DNA of 64,000 bases from Cyanobacteria bacterium SZAS LIN-3 (GCA_018266215.1 JAFEAV010000023.1:760-64759); one strand, 5' to 3'; shown: positions 36,664-46,392, counted from the stretch's first letter. Notes: generated by a model from the sequence alone, not told the origin. Numbers and translations are program-made.

Positions 36664-37011
36664 ATGAAAATGCAAGACAAAAAGAATGTTCAATTAGCCA
36701 CCGCTCTCGCCGCCGTTCTCGGTTTTTCGTTGGCATCAGCGGCCCGGGCTGAGGGTGGTAGTAGCGCGCAATTTGAAGTGCGCGAAAATACCCTGATTGC
36801 GCAGGCCGCCGACGACTCAGTCAAACTGGACGAAAACAAGGGCAAGGAAGGTTCTTGCAAGGGCAAAGAGGGATCCTGCAAGGGCAAGGAAGGCAAACAC
36901 AAGAAAGGTAAGGAAGGCTCCTGCAAAGGCAAAGAAGGCTCCTGCAAGGGCAAGGAAGGCTCCTGCAAGGGCAAAGAAGGCTCCTGCAAGGGCAAAGAAG
37001 AGGCTAAATAG
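36664..37011 (+). CDS. Small secreted protein with KGKEGSC heptad repeats
   Basis: 115 aa. Signal peptide ending ASAARA. The C-terminal 57 aa are eight heptad-like units, six of them exactly KGKEGSC. Confidence 0.7.
   Translation: MKMQDKKNVQLATALAAVLGFSLASAARAEGGSSAQFEVRENTLIAQAADDSVKLDENKGKEGSCKGKEGSCKGKEGKHKKGKEGSCKGKEGSCKGKEGSCKGKEGSCKGKEEAK
36838..37008 (+). repeat. In-frame 21-bp tandem repeat (aagggcaa[ag]gaaggctcctgc)
   Basis: Eight head-to-tail units. The last four Cys-containing units are nearly identical at the DNA level. Confidence 0.85.
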
Positions 37012-37191
37012 CCGCGCCTGCGCTGCAGCAGAATTCACCGCCAATAGAGCAGCCGGTGTCAGCCTCGAGCGCTGCCCGGCTGCTTCTTATCTCCGTCACG
37101 GCAATGCCTCTGGTCTGTCACAGTTGTGTCACAATCTTTCCCTATCTTATATTCCAATCCCCCCGACCGCTGGCACATTTGGAATATAGAT

Positions 37192-37791
37192 ATGCAAAAC
37201 TCTTTCAGACTTGCTCCTGGCATAGGTCAGGCTGTATTTGGATCCAATCAATCCCGCTATCCCTTTACGGGCATCAAGTTTATGCGTCTCATCGTCTGGA
37301 AGGAACGCGAAATTGAAACCCGGCTGCGCTCCAAGTCAGCCTTTGGTGCACAACTGTTGCAAGGTTACGCCCTTTCGTTCATCAAAGGTGTGACTATCGA
37401 CTTCTGTGCGCGCACCGCGCAACTGCCCCGGGATTCGGCCAGAGCCTTTGCTCAAGTCATGTCTGCCTGTCATTCCGTTGACGATGAAGAGCTTCTTGCG
37501 CTGGACGGCTTATTGTGCGACCACTTCGCCAACCCCCTTGATCCCGAAAACACCATTGAGCATGCCCAGGTCGGAGACTTGAACGGTCGCAACGCTCTGG
37601 CTATCGAATGGACCGATGTTTACCGAAACTGCAAGCGCATCTCCGTCTATATCGATGGTGGCGTAGACGGTGTGGCCGTGCAGGAGATACATTTCGCCGC
37701 GCCGCTTGAATCATTTGATCTTGCCAAAAAATATTTTTCCGAGGTTTTGCGCTCACTTCAGTGGCAGACTTGCCGCTCGCAGTCGGCCTGA
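37192..37791 (+). CDS. Hypothetical protein
   Basis: Start at MQNSFRL. About 199 aa with no recognisable motif. Confidence 0.45.
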   Translation: MQNSFRLAPGIGQAVFGSNQSRYPFTGIKFMRLIVWKEREIETRLRSKSAFGAQLLQGYALSFIKGVTIDFCARTAQLPRDSARAFAQVMSACHSVDDEELLALDGLLCDHFANPLDPENTIEHAQVGDLNGRNALAIEWTDVYRNCKRISVYIDGGVDGVAVQEIHFAAPLESFDLAKKYFSEVLRSLQWQTCRSQSA

Positions 37792-37901
37792 ACGTCAGTC
37801 TGTTATAAGAGACTGATTGTGGTTTTGCTATACTCTTCTTGCCGTTTCGACTGCAGGTGCAGTTGATCAGGGATAAGATTTGGGTCCAGGGTATTTCCAC
37901 T

Positions 37902-38573
37902 ATGGCTAAGATACTGGTTGTAGATGATGACGCTGAGCTGAGTGAAGCTCTGGCCGAGCATCTGACTGCGCAGGGCTACCTGACGGAAAATTGTGTTTCC
38001 GGTGAGGATGCCCTGCAGTTGCTCAGTAATTTTCACTATGATTTGATTTTGCTTGATTGGACCTTGCCGGGTATCAGCGGTGAGGAGGTGTGCGCCCGCT
38101 TCCGCCGTACCGGAGGTCAGACTCCGATTCTCTTTTTGACCGGTCACGGCGACATTCAGTATCTTGAATCGGGACTGGGCGCCGGGGCCGATGATTACAT
38201 GGTTAAGCCTTTTGACATCAGGGAGCTGGCTGCTCGGGTAAAAGCGCTGCTCAAGCGGCGTACCGGGACGTTTGCTCCGGACCTGACGATCGACGATCTG
38301 GTTCTCAATCTGGAGATGCGCTCTCTTGTTGTCGGCTCTACGGTTGTGCCGCTGCGCGCCAAGGAGCTCAGTCTGCTCGAGTTTCTGATGCGCAACACTA
38401 ATCGTGTCTACAGTGCCCAGCAGCTGCTTGAGGCGGTGTGGCCGTCCGATGCCGAGGTGACAACGGGTTCGGTGCGATCCTGGATGAATCTCTTGCGGCA
38501 AAAACTGGCTGAGGTCGGCAAGCCTGACTTGATTGAAACCGTTGCCCGGTCAGGCTATACGATACGCAATTGA
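37902..38573 (+). CDS. OmpR-family response regulator
   Basis: Start at MAKILVVDDD. Receiver domain with DLILLDWTLPG and KPF. Winged-helix output domain (LTIDDLVLN...LSLLEFLMRN...GYTI). Confidence 0.85.
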   Translation: MAKILVVDDDAELSEALAEHLTAQGYLTENCVSGEDALQLLSNFHYDLILLDWTLPGISGEEVCARFRRTGGQTPILFLTGHGDIQYLESGLGAGADDYMVKPFDIRELAARVKALLKRRTGTFAPDLTIDDLVLNLEMRSLVVGSTVVPLRAKELSLLEFLMRNTNRVYSAQQLLEAVWPSDAEVTTGSVRSWMNLLRQKLAEVGKPDLIETVARSGYTIRN

Positions 38574-38587
38574 TTTTTCCCGGCCGC

Positions 38588-40027
38588 TCAGAGCTTGATC
38601 GTGAACCAGAAAACCGTGCCGCCGCCCTCGCGCTGGTGGGCACCGATCGTACCTTCATGCAGCTCTACCAGCATTTTTGCTATTGCCAGGCCCAGCCCAA
38701 AGCCCGCTGAATTTTTGCCGTCGCGGGCTTGCTTGAAAGGATTGAACAGCTTCTGGATATCAGCCTCGCTAATGCCCGGGCCCCGGTCCATTACTTCCAC
38801 GCGCAATCGATTGTTTTCTTTTGCCGCGGTGATATCGACGGTTGATCCGGACGGGGAAAACTTGATGGCGTTAGCCAGTAAATTGGTGGTCACTTGCAGA
38901 ATGCGGTCTTCATCGATTGATGCCAGCAGCATTGGTGCGTGATTCACCAGTGCGCAATTTTTGCGATCCGCCAGTGGTTTTACTGTTTCGATGGCGTGCT
39001 CGATTGTCTCCTGGAAGTCCACCCTCGAGCGGTTTAATTCCATCGCTCCGGCGCTTAGCTGCTCTATTGTGAGCAGATCGTTGGAGAGAGAGACGACACG
39101 TTGCAAGCTTCTTTCTATGCTTTTGAGGCGACTTTCCTTCTTTTCGGTCGTGCTGTTTTGATCCGTGAGCAGTGTCTCGACGACTAACGATGCGGCCATG
39201 AGAGGGGAGCGGAGATCATGAGTGACCATCTGGAAGAGCAATTGCTTTTGCGCCACGGCATCCCGCCTGGCCTCGGCGGCGGTAACCAGGGCCTGGCTCA
39301 GGTAGCTCAATTCATCATTGCCGCTCACTGTCTTGCTGGCTGGCCGGTCCAGAGCCAGTTCGCGGGCATTTTCCAGCAAGTCATTGAAGCGTCGGCTGAA
39401 GTCCAGGCGGAAGAGAAGATAGAGGACGGCGATCGCCACGGTGCTGAGAATCAACTCCGCCAGCACCAGGTTTTTTACCGCGGCTCGATTGGCTCGCAGT
39501 CTTGTTCTAATTTCCTCCAGGCGGACATTTTCGCGATCTAGAGTTCTGGCCAGTGTCTTCAGCTGGTGCGTGATTTTCAGGCTCCTGCGCACTTTGCCGA
39601 ATTCGATATTTTTAGCCGGAGAATCCTGTGCCAGATCGTCGTTGGGGTGCACCAGGCGCTCTTGCAGGAATTCTTTCTGCGACTGCGCGGAGGTGTTAAT
39701 CAGCTCCTGGATTTCTGCCCTGGTGGTGGGATCGTCTCGGGTCTGCGCAATCAGTTCGGCATAGATTTTGTCGGCGGCTTTTGTGGTTTCTTCCACCCTC
39801 GTGCGCAATTCCTCAAAGGGTGTCGCGGCGTAGGACGCTGTGGCAATGGCCACGTCCAGGGAGCGCGCTACCCCTGTAACCAGTGTGCGGGCCAGAAGAC
39901 TCTGTTTGACTTCTTCTTCAGCGTAATATTCGACTGAGCTGAGCAGGGAAAAAAGTTGAATGCATATGCCGGCCTGACAAATTGCGGGAATCAGCCCGAA
40001 GAGCAAAAACTTTTGGGTAATCTTCAT
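38588..40027 (-). CDS. Sensor histidine kinase (HisKA + HATPase_c)
   Basis: 479 aa. N-terminal TM helix, second TM helix plus HAMP-like segment, H-box MVTHDLRSPL, N box LLANAIKFS, and G boxes DRGPGI and GFGLGLAI. Confidence 0.85.
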   Translation of the reverse strand: MKITQKFLLFGLIPAICQAGICIQLFSLLSSVEYYAEEEVKQSLLARTLVTGVARSLDVAIATASYAATPFEELRTRVEETTKAADKIYAELIAQTRDDPTTRAEIQELINTSAQSQKEFLQERLVHPNDDLAQDSPAKNIEFGKVRRSLKITHQLKTLARTLDRENVRLEEIRTRLRANRAAVKNLVLAELILSTVAIAVLYLLFRLDFSRRFNDLLENARELALDRPASKTVSGNDELSYLSQALVTAAEARRDAVAQKQLLFQMVTHDLRSPLMAASLVVETLLTDQNSTTEKKESRLKSIERSLQRVVSLSNDLLTIEQLSAGAMELNRSRVDFQETIEHAIETVKPLADRKNCALVNHAPMLLASIDEDRILQVTTNLLANAIKFSPSGSTVDITAAKENNRLRVEVMDRGPGISEADIQKLFNPFKQARDGKNSAGFGLGLAIAKMLVELHEGTIGAHQREGGGTVFWFTIKL

Positions 40028-40092
40028 TGCCGGACTCTGTTCATACGGAGCCCTAGCATATCGGATTTCTCGGCTTTTGTTGTATGGACGCT

Positions 40093-41637
40093 TTACTTGC
40101 CGATAGCTTTTACATCGAGTACTTCAACCGATGTTGTTACCGTGCGCTCCAGCCAGTTTGCCGCTCCTCCTATGCGTTCCACCCGCGGCTGGGCGTGGGT
40201 AACGACCTTGAGCCAGCCATTGGCATTGGGGCGGGCTTTGTAGACGTCCAGAAGGGTTTGCAGGTGTTCGACGGTGGTGCCCCACTTGTACTGACCGCCC
40301 GTACTGTGCACACCCACTACTTTGCCGGCGCCGTCAAATATCGGACTGCCGGAATTGCCCGGCTGCGATGGGGCCGTGTGCGAAAGCACGTCACGTCTGA
40401 CTATCGGAGCGGCTGTCGCCGGGCGGGCCAACTCGCGCAGGGCGGGGTGACCATCAACAATCAGTTTTTCCACAAACTGTTCGTTGCCCGGGTGGGGGTC
40501 GAGGATTCCGCTTCTGGTCTGGATGTATTTCTGTCCGTATTTGCCGTTCCAGACTCCGGTGCTGACCACCGGTTTGGAAACATCGCGCGGATGACCGATC
40601 ATAAATACCTGGTTCTGCGCTTCCATATTGGCGCTCTGACCCAGCTTTACCGGGGGACCGCCTTTTATTCCCTCGGGTAATTTGAGTAGGGCCAGGTCGG
40701 CAGTCTTATCGCGCGCCACCAGTCTGGCCTCGACTGTTTCACCGCTGCTGAGGCGCACCATTGGTGGCTTCCATGCGTGCAGAACGTGGCTGTTGGTGGC
40801 TATCAGTCCCTCATCGACGACAAATCCGGTGGCAAAAGTCGGGTGTCCGTCGGCTGAGGGATGGGTTATCTGTACGATAGACGGCGAGCCTTTGCTGTAA
40901 ATTTCGGCCAGCTGTTTGTTTTTGCCCAGGCGCACCTGTGAAATTGTGCCTCCTTCCAGATCGCTCAGGACCGGCACATGCGTGGCGGCGGATTTTCTCG
41001 TGGCCTGTAATTCCAGCGAACCGGCAATTTCGTTGGCCAGTTTCCCCTGGCCGGCTCCTTTCCAGAGTCCGCCGGCTCCGGCGGCCGAATACAGTGCCAG
41101 GTCGAACAAAGGTCTGCCCAGTTTTTCGGCGACCAGGGCTTTGTTCTCCTCGTAAGTGGATGGATTGGCCCAGGTATCGAGGGCCGCCTGAGCACTGCTG
41201 AGGAGGCCCGGCCCGGCTTCATAAAGCGCGGCCCCGGCCAGGACAAATTTGGCCGCCCCCAGTGCTCCGGGCATCAGTCTCGCACCGGCATAGCCGACAG
41301 CCCAGGTGGCCGCTGTGGTCGCGCCCACTATGGCTGTGTTTTTGACTGGATTTTCGGCAAATTCACGCGCTCTGTCCCAGGCTCCCTGGCCGATGCCGCC
41401 GGCTAAGAGCCCGGCTTCCAGTGCCAGTTTGCTCGCCGTGTCGACGGTGGGCGCAGGGACGCCAGAGTCTCTGCTCTGTGCAAACAATGCATCGATCTTG
41501 GCGTCGGGCATGTGATTGAGTGTAAGGCCGAAGGCCTCGGCGCGGGTGAAAGTTAGACGACGTCGGAGGGCTGAAATCGCACTATCAGTGGGAATTTTCC
41601 CCGAGAATTTATCTCCGGCCGTAACAAAAAGGGCCAC
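40093..41637 (-). CDS. Trypsin-like (S1/PA clan) serine protease with a Gly/Ala-rich hydrophobic N-terminal module
   Basis: 514 aa. Catalytic triad contexts IATNSHVL, KTADLALLKL and GNSGSPIFD. The N-terminal ~200 aa are G/A-rich. No classical signal peptide. Confidence 0.75.
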   Translation of the reverse strand: MALFVTAGDKFSGKIPTDSAISALRRRLTFTRAEAFGLTLNHMPDAKIDALFAQSRDSGVPAPTVDTASKLALEAGLLAGGIGQGAWDRAREFAENPVKNTAIVGATTAATWAVGYAGARLMPGALGAAKFVLAGAALYEAGPGLLSSAQAALDTWANPSTYEENKALVAEKLGRPLFDLALYSAAGAGGLWKGAGQGKLANEIAGSLELQATRKSAATHVPVLSDLEGGTISQVRLGKNKQLAEIYSKGSPSIVQITHPSADGHPTFATGFVVDEGLIATNSHVLHAWKPPMVRLSSGETVEARLVARDKTADLALLKLPEGIKGGPPVKLGQSANMEAQNQVFMIGHPRDVSKPVVSTGVWNGKYGQKYIQTRSGILDPHPGNEQFVEKLIVDGHPALRELARPATAAPIVRRDVLSHTAPSQPGNSGSPIFDGAGKVVGVHSTGGQYKWGTTVEHLQTLLDVYKARPNANGWLKVVTHAQPRVERIGGAANWLERTVTTSVEVLDVKAIGK

Positions 41638-41680
41638 CCGGATCGTCCGGCTGGCCCTCTTCTATGTTTGGACGACTGGT

Positions 41681-42856
41681 CTATCTGCGTCTGGCAGCCG
41701 GTTTGAATGGCTTGCGGTGACGCGAGAAAGGACGAGCTGGTGTTTTGTGCAATTGCGAATTTTCATCCAGCTGACGGCCGATAACTTTTTCGATATCTCT
41801 GACGAGATAGCGTTGGTTTTCGCCGACGAAGGAATAAGCAATGCCTGAGCGTCCGGCACGACCTGTACGGCCGATGCGGTGGACATAATCTTCGGGTGAT
41901 TCAGGCAAGTCGTAATTGACTACGTGGCTGATCGTAGGGATATCGAGGCCGCGGGCGGCGACGTCGGTAGCTACGAGCACGGCAAAGGCCCCGTCGCGAT
42001 AGCGCTTGAGAGTTTTTTCGCGCTGGCTCTGGCTGATATCACCGTGGATTTCTTCGGCGGCGATTTGAGCGTCGCGCAATCTGTCCTTGACCCAGGCGGC
42101 TTTGCGTCTGGTTTTGGTGAAGATCAAGACCGAATCCATTTCTGATTCTTGAATCAGTTTGAGCAGCAGTGCATCTTTGCCAAATTCGTTGACGTGGAAG
42201 AACTTCTGTTCGATGGCCACAGGCTCGACCTGTTTGTTGACGCTCTGTACTCTGGTCGGATTGGTGAGAAGATCACCGGCCAACTGTTCTATGCGTCTGT
42301 CGATAGTGGCGGAAAGCATCAGTGTCTGGCGCTTCTTCGGTATCTGGGAAACAACGCGGCGCACCTGAGGCATGAAGCCCATGTCGAGCAAGCGGTCGGC
42401 TTCGTCCAGGACCAGTATTTCGATACCGGTCAGGTCGGCCGTGCGGCGTTCGACACAATCGAGCAAACGGCCGGGGGTGGCGACGATTACGTCAACACCA
42501 CGGCGCAGCAAACGATTTTGTTTCTCGTAGCCGGTGCCACCATATAAGGTGACTGTCCGCAGTTTGCTGTTTTTGCCGAAGCGATTGACCTGCGATTCTA
42601 CTTGCAGGGCCAGTTCTCTTGTAGGCACAAGGACCAGTACTCTGGGCTTGGGATTGTGCGCTTTGAGAAGCTCGATTATCGGCAGCACATAGGCTGCGGT
42701 TTTGCCCGAGCCGGTCATGGCCGAGGCCATAATGTCTTTTCCGGCGAGGACTAGAGGGATGGATTTAGACTGAATCTCAGTAGGTTCTACAAACTCACAC
42801 TCTTCGAGCGCAAGTATGGTGGGCTTGGACAACCCAAGCTCGGCAAATATATTCAA
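41681..42856 (-). CDS. DEAD-box ATP-dependent RNA helicase
   Basis: 391 aa. Q-motif region, AMTGSGKTAAY, VLDEADRLLDMGF, SAT, HRIGRTGRAG, and a basic C-terminal tail. Confidence 0.9.
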   Translation of the reverse strand: MNIFAELGLSKPTILALEECEFVEPTEIQSKSIPLVLAGKDIMASAMTGSGKTAAYVLPIIELLKAHNPKPRVLVLVPTRELALQVESQVNRFGKNSKLRTVTLYGGTGYEKQNRLLRRGVDVIVATPGRLLDCVERRTADLTGIEILVLDEADRLLDMGFMPQVRRVVSQIPKKRQTLMLSATIDRRIEQLAGDLLTNPTRVQSVNKQVEPVAIEQKFFHVNEFGKDALLLKLIQESEMDSVLIFTKTRRKAAWVKDRLRDAQIAAEEIHGDISQSQREKTLKRYRDGAFAVLVATDVAARGLDIPTISHVVNYDLPESPEDYVHRIGRTGRAGRSGIAYSFVGENQRYLVRDIEKVIGRQLDENSQLHKTPARPFSRHRKPFKPAARRR

Positions 42857-43149
42857 ATTGGAGTCCTTGTGTAGCGATACGGCATGGAAAACCGCTTAGG
42901 TAATGCGATTCAGATGCGTACTAGACGACCTGAACATTCGCGTTTCCATTCAGATGACTTTAGCCCAAACGAAGCAGTCTTTTACCGTGCAGCCCGAGCA
43001 GTGACCTTCCTAACGCGAAACCATGGCATTATTACATGACATGGTGGGGATGTCAAAAGTTTCCCCGCCAGTGGGCCTTTTCAGGCCCGAGCCCAGAAGC
43101 CGAAGTCCGCAGACAGTCCGGCTATAAGGCTCTGTTTACTTTTGTACAC

Positions 43150-43497
43150 CTAGAGCCGATTGTATTGAGGATAGTACTCAGATACAAGCTGTTCCTGGAC
43201 GCTGGAGCGCTGCCAGCGAGTGGCGCCGTCCATAGGATAAACGAAGACAAACAGCTCGCCTACCTGACCGCCGTTCTCCACCCATGCATCCAGTACATGT
43301 TTGTGGAATCCCGCAGCTTGCTGCGAAAGATCCTCGGCGTGGCCGAAATACAAAACCGTATGGCTCTTGGGTTTTGCAGCCGGGTCCTGTTTATAGGTCA
43401 GTGCATAGACAGCTGAACAAGCGGGAGGTGCCCAACTGGTGAGCGGAACGCCTGAATTAAACTTGTAACGCTGTTTTTTGCCCCAGGAAATACTCAT
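43150..43497 (-). CDS. Hypothetical protein (weak GIY-YIG-like pattern)
   Basis: 115 aa. AVYALTY...VLYFGHAEDL...EQLVSEYYPQYN loosely resembles the GIY/YIG/E/N spacing. The conserved Arg is not evident. Confidence 0.4.
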   Translation of the reverse strand: MSISWGKKQRYKFNSGVPLTSWAPPACSAVYALTYKQDPAAKPKSHTVLYFGHAEDLSQQAAGFHKHVLDAWVENGGQVGELFVFVYPMDGATRWQRSSVQEQLVSEYYPQYNRL

Positions 43498-43688
43498 ACG
43501 CGATCTGATCCTTTTCTTCGGTTATTACTTAACGATAGATCCATCCCCGATCAGGTGCAAGCAAATAGAAGCACAGTTTGTGATTTCGCATTAAACAATT
43601 ACAAACGAACGCTCTGACCTAGTAGCGTTGAGGGGCGCAGTTTTTGCTCGTGGTGGCGTATGTGGTGGCGTCGCCTGGTCAGGGTGAA

Positions 43689-43725
43689 GGAAAAGACCGC
43701 TCCCGGATCCGGAAACGGTCTTTTC
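43689..43725 (-). terminator. Stem-loop downstream of the rhodanese gene
   Basis: gaaaagaccg...ccggatccgg...cggtcttttc, a 10-bp outer stem with an inner palindrome. Confidence 0.5.
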
Positions 43726-43756
43726 GTTATAGCTGGATTGTAGGCCAGCTCAGGCT

Positions 43757-44179
43757 TTAGCCGCAGCTGGAGCCTTTGGTGGTGGAGCAGCTGTGTGCTT
43801 CGGCTTTGCCTTCGACGGCCAGACCGCGGGCGACATAATCGTCGAATCCGCCGGCCAATTCTTTGACTTTGTAACCTTGCTCAGCAAGGTACAGAGCGGC
43901 TTTAGCCGAGAGATGGCAGGTGATGTTATAGCAGTAGACGATCGTCAACTGTTCTTTTTTCAGTTCGCTCAGATGCTTGGGCAGCTCGTCGTATGAGATG
44001 TTGAGTGCGCCGGGGATGTGGCTTTTGGCATAAGCTTCGGGGATACGCAGGTCGATGATTTTGACCGCTTCTTTGTCTTTGACCAATTGATCAATACCGA
44101 AAGGTCCAATTTCGAATTCCAGTTTGGCTTTGAAATAGCTTACGGCGTCTACAGTTTCGCGTGTGAGTGTAGTGGACAT
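43757..44179 (-). CDS. Rhodanese-domain sulfurtransferase-like protein
   Basis: Start at MSTTLT, with GAGGAGG 5 nt upstream. Active-site loop context IVYCYNITCHLSAKAA. Cys-rich C-terminus HSCSTTKGSSCG. Confidence 0.7.
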   Translation of the reverse strand: MSTTLTRETVDAVSYFKAKLEFEIGPFGIDQLVKDKEAVKIIDLRIPEAYAKSHIPGALNISYDELPKHLSELKKEQLTIVYCYNITCHLSAKAALYLAEQGYKVKELAGGFDDYVARGLAVEGKAEAHSCSTTKGSSCG

Positions 44180-44336
44180 GAGACCTCCTCGGACGCGAGG
44201 TCCGATTGATGGGGTGATGAAGATAAATCGCTGGCGATTAGAATAACAGGGATCGGATCCCAAGATGTCGGCTTGGCCTCAGAACTAATCTTTCCCGAGT
44301 ACAATAATTGCTCTCAATCAGTTACAAGGGTGAGCA

Positions 44337-45098
44337 ATGACCGGAGAGCGACTTTTGGAAGGGCGAGTGGCCCTGATTACCGGAGCCAGCCGTGGGATAG
44401 GTGCAGCTACAGCCAGGCTCCTGGCCCGACACGGGGCTGCCGTCGGCATCAATTACTACAAGAGCGGCGCTGAAGCCAAGCAGCTGGCGGATGAAATCGC
44501 AGCCGACGGCGGTCGAGCCGTGACTGTTCGCGCTAATGTGCGCTCCTCCGATGAAGTGGCGGCTATGGTCCGTCTGGTTGAGGCCGACCTGGGTCCTATC
44601 GACTTGCTGGTACTCAATGCCGGCAAGGTCATTAGATTTGCCCCGGCCCTGGAATTCAAATTTGAGGACCTGCAAAATACCATCGCCGATGAGTTGAAGG
44701 GTGCCCATTATGCGGTGCAAGCTGTGGTCCCGGGCATGGTTGCCCGGCGCAAGGGCTCTATCGTAGCGGTCACCTCCACTGCTTCGCGTCATCAATGGGA
44801 AGGCTCGATGGCCCACAGCATGGCCAAGGCTGCGCTGGATTCCTATATCCGCAGTCTGGCGCTGGAACTGGGCCAATTTAATGTCCGCGCCAATTTAATT
44901 GCACCCGGTCTGACCATCACCGAGGCCATCAGTCCGGCCTCGAAAGCGCGCACCGATGAGGTGGCGCGGGCCACTCCTTTGCGGCGCAATGCTCATCCCG
45001 AGGACGTGGCCGGTGCCATATTGATGGTGGCCAGCGATAACGCCGCCTTCGTCAGCGGTGCCTACATACCCGTAAGCGGCGGCTTGAACATGGGCTAG
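44337..45098 (+). CDS. Short-chain dehydrogenase/reductase (FabG-like)
   Basis: 253 aa. TGASRGIGAA cofactor motif, NAG, and an S...Y/K catalytic region (MAHSMAKAAL). Confidence 0.8.
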   Translation: MTGERLLEGRVALITGASRGIGAATARLLARHGAAVGINYYKSGAEAKQLADEIAADGGRAVTVRANVRSSDEVAAMVRLVEADLGPIDLLVLNAGKVIRFAPALEFKFEDLQNTIADELKGAHYAVQAVVPGMVARRKGSIVAVTSTASRHQWEGSMAHSMAKAALDSYIRSLALELGQFNVRANLIAPGLTITEAISPASKARTDEVARATPLRRNAHPEDVAGAILMVASDNAAFVSGAYIPVSGGLNMG

Positions 45099-45101
45099 CT
45101 C

Positions 45102-45539
45102 TTATTGCGCCGGTTTGTTTTCGGCCAGCACACTTTGTGCCTTTTCCTGCACGTGCATTGCCCTGTAATTGCTGGAATCAAGACTCAGTGCCTGCTCTGC
45201 GTCGGACAGCGCCGCCTGATAATTGCCCAGCCCGAAGTTGGCCACGGCGTGCTCGGCCCAGGCGTTGGGTTCGATTTGATGATATTGCAGTGCCTTGTCG
45301 GCGCTGGCAAGACCCTGCTCGTAACGCATCATATGGTTGTAAGCTCGGGCCAGACCAAGGTAAGCTTCGCAGGTCGGGCCGTTTTTTTTGATTGCTTCCT
45401 CAAGGGTGATGACGGCCTGGTTAAACTTACCCTGGCGTATCTGTTCCAGACCCATTTTTTCGGTCGGGTGTGGTTTCATCGAAATGCCGATGGCCGTGGC
45501 GCAGGCGAGAAAAGTGCAGGTCAGGACGGTCTTGTCCAT
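45102..45539 (-). CDS. TPR-repeat protein with an N-terminal signal or lipoprotein-like sequence
   Basis: Start placed at MDKTVLTCTFLACATAIG. Three or four TPR units follow. Confidence 0.65.
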   Translation of the reverse strand: MDKTVLTCTFLACATAIGISMKPHPTEKMGLEQIRQGKFNQAVITLEEAIKKNGPTCEAYLGLARAYNHMMRYEQGLASADKALQYHQIEPNAWAEHAVANFGLGNYQAALSDAEQALSLDSSNYRAMHVQEKAQSVLAENKPAQ

Positions 45540-45966
45540 GAGGAGCAATTTTTTTTGCTTTTTGCCGGTTGCTCGATTTTCTTGTGTCCATGGACGGCGT
45601 TGCAGGGGCTGCATTTAGGTACCCTCTAGGAGTTGTGTTTTGTAGAGGTGCGCTCTTGGCCGCCTTAGTAGCGCCGAAAGACGTGTTCGGTCTCGCACCG
45701 GTTGGTGCTGTCGAAATTGATTTGACTGAGGTCTCTGCACAATTACTTCGGCGTCGCCGCGTAATGCTTAAAGGGTTTCCCGCAAGACAACCTCAAAACA
45801 AAGTTTTAGTCGATAGATATGATCGACTTGTGATCAAAGAGCAAAAAGGTAAATATTGATTTTTTCTTAGCGGCAAATAATGTGTTCGTATGGCTATAAA
45901 GTGCCATTTGTGACCGTATTTCTGGAGTGGGCTCTGATGCAGATTTTTTTTCTGTCCGGTCGATTT

Positions 45967-46392
45967 CTAGGAGAAGTACATCATCACGGCTTTGCCTTCG
46001 CCCAGTGCTTCGCGGCAGACTTCGACAAAGTTTTTCAGGGCTTCCTCGACCGTTTCATCGGTCCAGCTGCCGTTTTTGAAGCCATCGGTGCCGGCCCATT
46101 GTTTGGCCACCGAAGGCAGTCCCATGTCCGGGATCTGGCAGAGACTGATGACCAGCTCGGAGGGCACCAGCTGGATTGCAATGGTGCCGCCTTCGTAAAG
46201 CATCGGCGCATTGTCTGCCATAAAGTTGGAGCTGTAGGCACTGAATGAGGTTATGGGATAGAGCATGCCTAACTGTGTTGCGTCCAGTCCATGACTTTTG
46301 GCATTGAAAAATTCATCGAACGGAGCTTCGGAGGCGGCCAGTGCCTCAGCGTCTTCGGCATTGGCGACGAAAAAGTTTGTCAAAACACCCAT
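45967..46392 (-). CDS. Hypothetical protein
   Basis: Start placed at MGVLTNFF. The upstream extension in the ORF track is Cys/Arg-rich and unlikely to be coding. Confidence 0.45.
   Translation of the reverse strand: MGVLTNFFVANAEDAEALAASEAPFDEFFNAKSHGLDATQLGMLYPITSFSAYSSNFMADNAPMLYEGGTIAIQLVPSELVISLCQIPDMGLPSVAKQWAGTDGFKNGSWTDETVEEALKNFVEVCREALGEGKAVMMYFS

Noticed and set aside
36838-37008. Regular 21-bp direct repeats (and 18-bp repeats at 29154-29282), considered as a possible CRISPR-like array
   Set aside because: The repeats are contiguous with no spacers and are in frame inside ORFs with a signal peptide or Shine-Dalgarno sequence. They are far shorter than CRISPR repeat-spacer units. 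They are coding tandem repeats.
42857-43149. Long (~290 bp) non-coding leader upstream of the DEAD-box helicase, considered as a regulatory RNA element
   Set aside because: Long 5' UTRs are common for cold-shock helicases, but I could not identify a conserved structure or motif by eye. The evidence is insufficient to call a feature.
43150-43497. Possible GIY-YIG nuclease call for the 115-aa ORF
   Set aside because: Only a loose GIY/YIG/E/N spacing is present, and the catalytic Arg and Tyr/His context is not evident. It is kept as a hypothetical protein only.
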